The notes beneath the pieces were generated by a model that worked only from the letters and a program-made list of their open reading frames with translations, searched no databases and was not told the DNA's origin. Of a stretch of DNA of 64,000 bases, positions 61,180 to 64,000 are shown one piece after another (position 1 is the stretch's first letter; each line of letters opens with the position of its first letter). Both the position numbers and the translations under genes were made by a program. Source of the DNA: a virus; IMG/VR virus record IMGVR_UViG_3300044796_000141, positions 36,323-100,322 of that record. One strand, written 5' to 3'.

Positions 61180-61370
61180 ACTTTTTTCTCAAAAACATAA
61201 TCTAGTTGTATTTGGCCCATTTCTTGAGCAGCCTTATACATATCTTGACCTTCTTTGGTATTTTTAATAAAGTCTTCCCATGTTTTGGAAGCTTTGCGGA
61301 GGCGTTGATTTCGTTGTTTGCGAGATTCTTTTTTAGCGTTCACGATTTTCGCTTTCTTTAAGAAATTCAT
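61176..61370 (-). CDS. hypothetical basic protein
   Basis: Track ORF. Confidence 0.5.
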   Translation of the reverse strand: MNFLKKAKIVNAKKESRKQRNQRLRKASKTWEDFIKNTKEGQDMYKAAQEMGQIQLDYVFEKKV

Positions 61371-61524
61371 TTAGCCAATCGCTAAATTCTTTTAGGATTT
61401 GCATATTTTTTGCTAAGTTTGCGTCTTGCTCTGCTCTATGCTTTAAGCATTTAGTATGCTCATCACATATGCATTTTCTATCTACTGACACTCTATTGGT
61501 TCTTTTGGAATGAACTTTTCGCAC
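61333..61524 (-). CDS. hypothetical protein
   Basis: Track ORF. Confidence 0.45.
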   Translation of the reverse strand: MRKVHSKRTNRVSVDRKCICDEHTKCLKHRAEQDANLAKNMQILKEFSDWLNEFLKESENRER

Positions 61525-61739
61525 CCAGGAATTGATTTTAGCGTTGCATCAATACACGCAACAACACAAGTCAATCTAGTGCAGCGGTCTTCTATTGTAC
61601 CACAATTACTAATTGCGCAAGCTTTGGCTTTTGCCAATTGTCCATCATTAAAACAGTCAGTCAAAGCAACTACTTTAACAGGTTGTCTAACTGTAGCGCA
61701 ACTCAACATCAATACAAATGCAGATAATATCTTTTTCAT
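61482..61739 (-). CDS. Cys-rich lipoprotein
   Basis: Lipobox FVLMLSC. Confidence 0.55.
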   Translation of the reverse strand: MKKILSAFVLMLSCATVRQPVKVVALTDCFNDGQLAKAKACAISNCGTIEDRCTRLTCVVACIDATLKSIPGCEKFIPKEPIECQ

Positions 61740-61793
61740 TTTTTCACCTTATTATATGATTACCATAGCAAAAACTACAGCGAAAGTCAAGAA

Positions 61794-62495
61794 CTATGAT
61801 TTTGGAGGGGTATAAAAACTTTGGACCGAGGTTTCACCCAAAGTATAATTGGCGTATAATTGCGAAGTGGATTGCGCTCTTAATACGTTATTTGCACTCA
61901 TACCAGCCGCAGACGCTACGAATACTGAAGTATTTCCATATGGAATATTAAGAGTTTGAGAAATGTGGGCCAAATCTTGATTTGCTCCGGCGTAAGTTAC
62001 AGTTGCCTTTCCGGTTGCCTGTAAAGCCCTCAGTTCGTCTGCTACTCTCGCGGAAGACCACGCTCTAGAACAATTCTCTGCACCGTCTGATATAATTAAC
62101 ATCAATACGGTTACGCCTGGGTCATTAATGTCAGGTCTAGCCTTCAATAATTCAATTGCCTTGCCAACACCATCATACATTGCAGTCATTGAATTTGGCG
62201 TATATGTATTTCTATCCAAATCCTTGACAGTATCTAGCTTTTCATTTTGAAATACAACTGACACTTCTGAGGAAAACTTTACCAAGTCAACTACTACTTC
62301 GATTTTGCCCGAAGTGGCTTTGACGGCCTTAACTTGTTCATTAAAGGCGCTAATTGCCTGGTCACGAATAGTTTCCATTGACGAACTCTCATCAAGTACC
62401 ATCATAAGGTAATTCTTTGTAATTGCTGGCTTTTTTGCCTTTTTGACAGGTGGCGCTCTTACTACTCTTCTTTTTGCTACTTTCTTTGTTCTCAT
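61794..62495 (-). CDS. von Willebrand factor A (vWA) domain protein
   Basis: MIDAS LMMVLDESSSM (DxSxS); LIISDGAEN. Confidence 0.8.
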   Translation of the reverse strand: MRTKKVAKRRVVRAPPVKKAKKPAITKNYLMMVLDESSSMETIRDQAISAFNEQVKAVKATSGKIEVVVDLVKFSSEVSVVFQNEKLDTVKDLDRNTYTPNSMTAMYDGVGKAIELLKARPDINDPGVTVLMLIISDGAENCSRAWSSARVADELRALQATGKATVTYAGANQDLAHISQTLNIPYGNTSVFVASAAGMSANNVLRAQSTSQLYANYTLGETSVQSFYTPPKS

Positions 62496-62524
62496 TTAAA
62501 ATCTCCTTAAGATTCGTATATTTT

Positions 62525-62599
<75 letters not shown>

Positions 62600-62635
62600 A
62601 TCTATAATTATAACACAGTGCATTATTTTTGTCAA

Positions 62636-62923
62636 CTATTTTGGTAAGCGCGCTTCTATAATTTCTTTAGCGGAAAGCAAGCCTTTTTCATGGCCGCGCC
62701 CAAAGGCACTTTCATATCCTTCTTCACAAAAAGTATTGTCAATTTTTTCTTCTAGTGCTTTAATTAATTCTTCAATTAATTCTTTGCGAACGTCTTTAAT
62801 GCCTTGAGTTAAAGTATCAATATTATTTAATAATGAATATTTTTCTTCAGGTATATCATCGTTGAGCCAAATGGCCTCAAATGCATCATATATTTCTTCA
62901 GCCCACTCTTTTGATAGTTTCAT
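62636..62923 (-). CDS. hypothetical protein
   Basis: Track ORF. Confidence 0.55.
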   Translation of the reverse strand: MKLSKEWAEEIYDAFEAIWLNDDIPEEKYSLLNNIDTLTQGIKDVRKELIEELIKALEEKIDNTFCEEGYESAFGRGHEKGLLSAKEIIEARLPK

Positions 62924-63132
62924 TTTGTTTTATTCCATTCGCGAACAATCATAATCGCAATACACATAACGTCTTGTTCTTTACGTTTCATGCTGTCTGC
63001 TGTATCAGCGAGACAATCTTCTAATTCTTGGCGCATCTCTTCGCGCACTTCATTAATAACGTTCGTAACACTCGAAACTTTATCTTTTGAAGCCTCTATC
63101 GCTTCGCAGGCCCATTCATAAGATGTTTTCAT
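62920..63132 (-). CDS. hypothetical protein
   Basis: Track ORF; ATGA coupling. Confidence 0.55.
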   Translation of the reverse strand: MKTSYEWACEAIEASKDKVSSVTNVINEVREEMRQELEDCLADTADSMKRKEQDVMCIAIMIVREWNKTK

Positions 63133-63133
63133 A

Positions 63134-63763
63134 TTAAGTCCATAGCGCCTGTCTAACTTTAATTACTCTAATAAGCATTTCAGTTTCTTCGTCTGTATAA
63201 AATTTTTCTAAAGCCAATCTTTCTGCAATTGATATTTTTCTATTGTGTATTGCCCAAAATCTTTTTTCTTGGTCATGTTTCAAATATATATCTTTATACC
63301 AGAGATATACTTCTTTCATTTCTTTGGAACACCAACCTTGAGTCATTTCATGATTAATTTGCAAGTCGCCTTGGGTTTGGCAACCATTATCATCCAAATC
63401 CATTCTTAATTCAATATCTTTTTCAAGAGCTTCTAAACCTAACTCTCTGCCGTGCTTTTTGCAGTATTGAATTTCTGTCATATACCATGGAACTTTTGCA
63501 AGCTCTTCTTTGTTACAACAAAAATATTGCCAGGCTTGCTCAAATTCAATAAATTGCACCAATAAATCAAAGATGGCATGAGTCAATACATGGTCTGCGT
63601 CGTAATAGCCCGGTTTAAGACTAGTAACTTTAATTTCATTATACTTATGAGTAGTACGATATTTAATCCACCAATGGGCCTCTTTAATTGCTTTAAATGG
63701 TTGCGTTCTCCCAAACCACCTACGAACATTATACGTAAATTCAAACCAATCTAATTTTTTCAT
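63134..63763 (-). CDS. hypothetical protein
   Basis: 209-aa track ORF. Confidence 0.6.
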   Translation of the reverse strand: MKKLDWFEFTYNVRRWFGRTQPFKAIKEAHWWIKYRTTHKYNEIKVTSLKPGYYDADHVLTHAIFDLLVQFIEFEQAWQYFCCNKEELAKVPWYMTEIQYCKKHGRELGLEALEKDIELRMDLDDNGCQTQGDLQINHEMTQGWCSKEMKEVYLWYKDIYLKHDQEKRFWAIHNRKISIAERLALEKFYTDEETEMLIRVIKVRQALWT

Positions 63764-64000
63764 TTATTCACCCATCTTTGGTTTAATTATATCTTTAATT
63801 AATTTATGTACGACATCTTCTTGTTTATTTAAAAACGGAAAAATAAGTCTAAAATGTCTGAATTTGTAGGCATTATCACGCAAAAATAATCCTACGGTCT
63901 TATTGTACTCTTCTCCGGCTTTAACAGGAGGCAATTGATGTTTTTGTTCATCGACGGCATCAATATATACTCTTGTGTGCGCTAATTCAAGTTCTTTCTT
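63764..64000 (-). CDS. hypothetical protein, 5'-truncated by the window edge
   Basis: Open minus-strand frame from 64000 to TAA at 63766-63764 (...KLIKDIIKPKMGE); stop abuts ATG 63763. Confidence 0.5.
   Translation of the reverse strand, partial: KKELELAHTRVYIDAVDEQKHQLPPVKAGEEYNKTVGLFLRDNAYKFRHFRLIFPFLNKQEDVVHKLIKDIIKPKMGE

Overview
Reading by eye only; no searches or folding were run. The window looks like a segment of a large, AT-rich, tightly packed phage-like genome. Genes run on the + strand to about 57.9 kb, then a - strand block follows. The host is probably diderm, because there are many lipobox signal peptides and an OmpA-C domain protein. Recognisable content: four tRNAs, all with U34 (atypical UAA, Arg-UCU, Ile-UAU, Gly-UCC). 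An NAD cluster (NadE-like, Prs-like, NAMPT-like, deoxyribosyltransferase-like). An RNA/tRNA-repair-type set (Pth2, RNA-ligase-like, COG3541-type nucleotidyltransferase, deaminase). A DExH ATPase plus Dam-like methyltransferase. Two SprT-like proteases, two metallophosphoesterases, a DEDDh exonuclease and a vWA protein. Collagen-like and metzincin-like lipoproteins. Six homing-endonuclease-type genes. Many sigma70-like promoters with an extended -10. A visibly GC-richer mosaic island lies at about 4.5-14.6 kb; it starts with a roughly 2 kb ORF-poor stretch. Main hunt results: (1) Ten frame breaks in five endonuclease genes and the methyltransferase are all the same event, an in-frame CGG whose GG starts the next glycine codon in the +1 frame. 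This argues for programmed recoding rather than decay. The phage tRNA-Gly(UCC) carries G37, so nucleotides 34-37 (UCCG) complement CGGA. (2) A complete ubiquitin-like conjugation operon sits at 45.2-50.4 kb: ThiS-like Ubl ending GG-R, E2-like, JAMM/JAB, E1-like, second E2-like, Bfd-like 2Fe-2S protein and nucleotidyltransferase. (3) Two covarying type II hammerhead ribozymes sit in intergenic gaps after paralogous genes. (4) A 10-copy family of small zinc-ribbon proteins shares an MN[IL]E[EQ]LE N-terminus. Most other ORFs are small hypotheticals.
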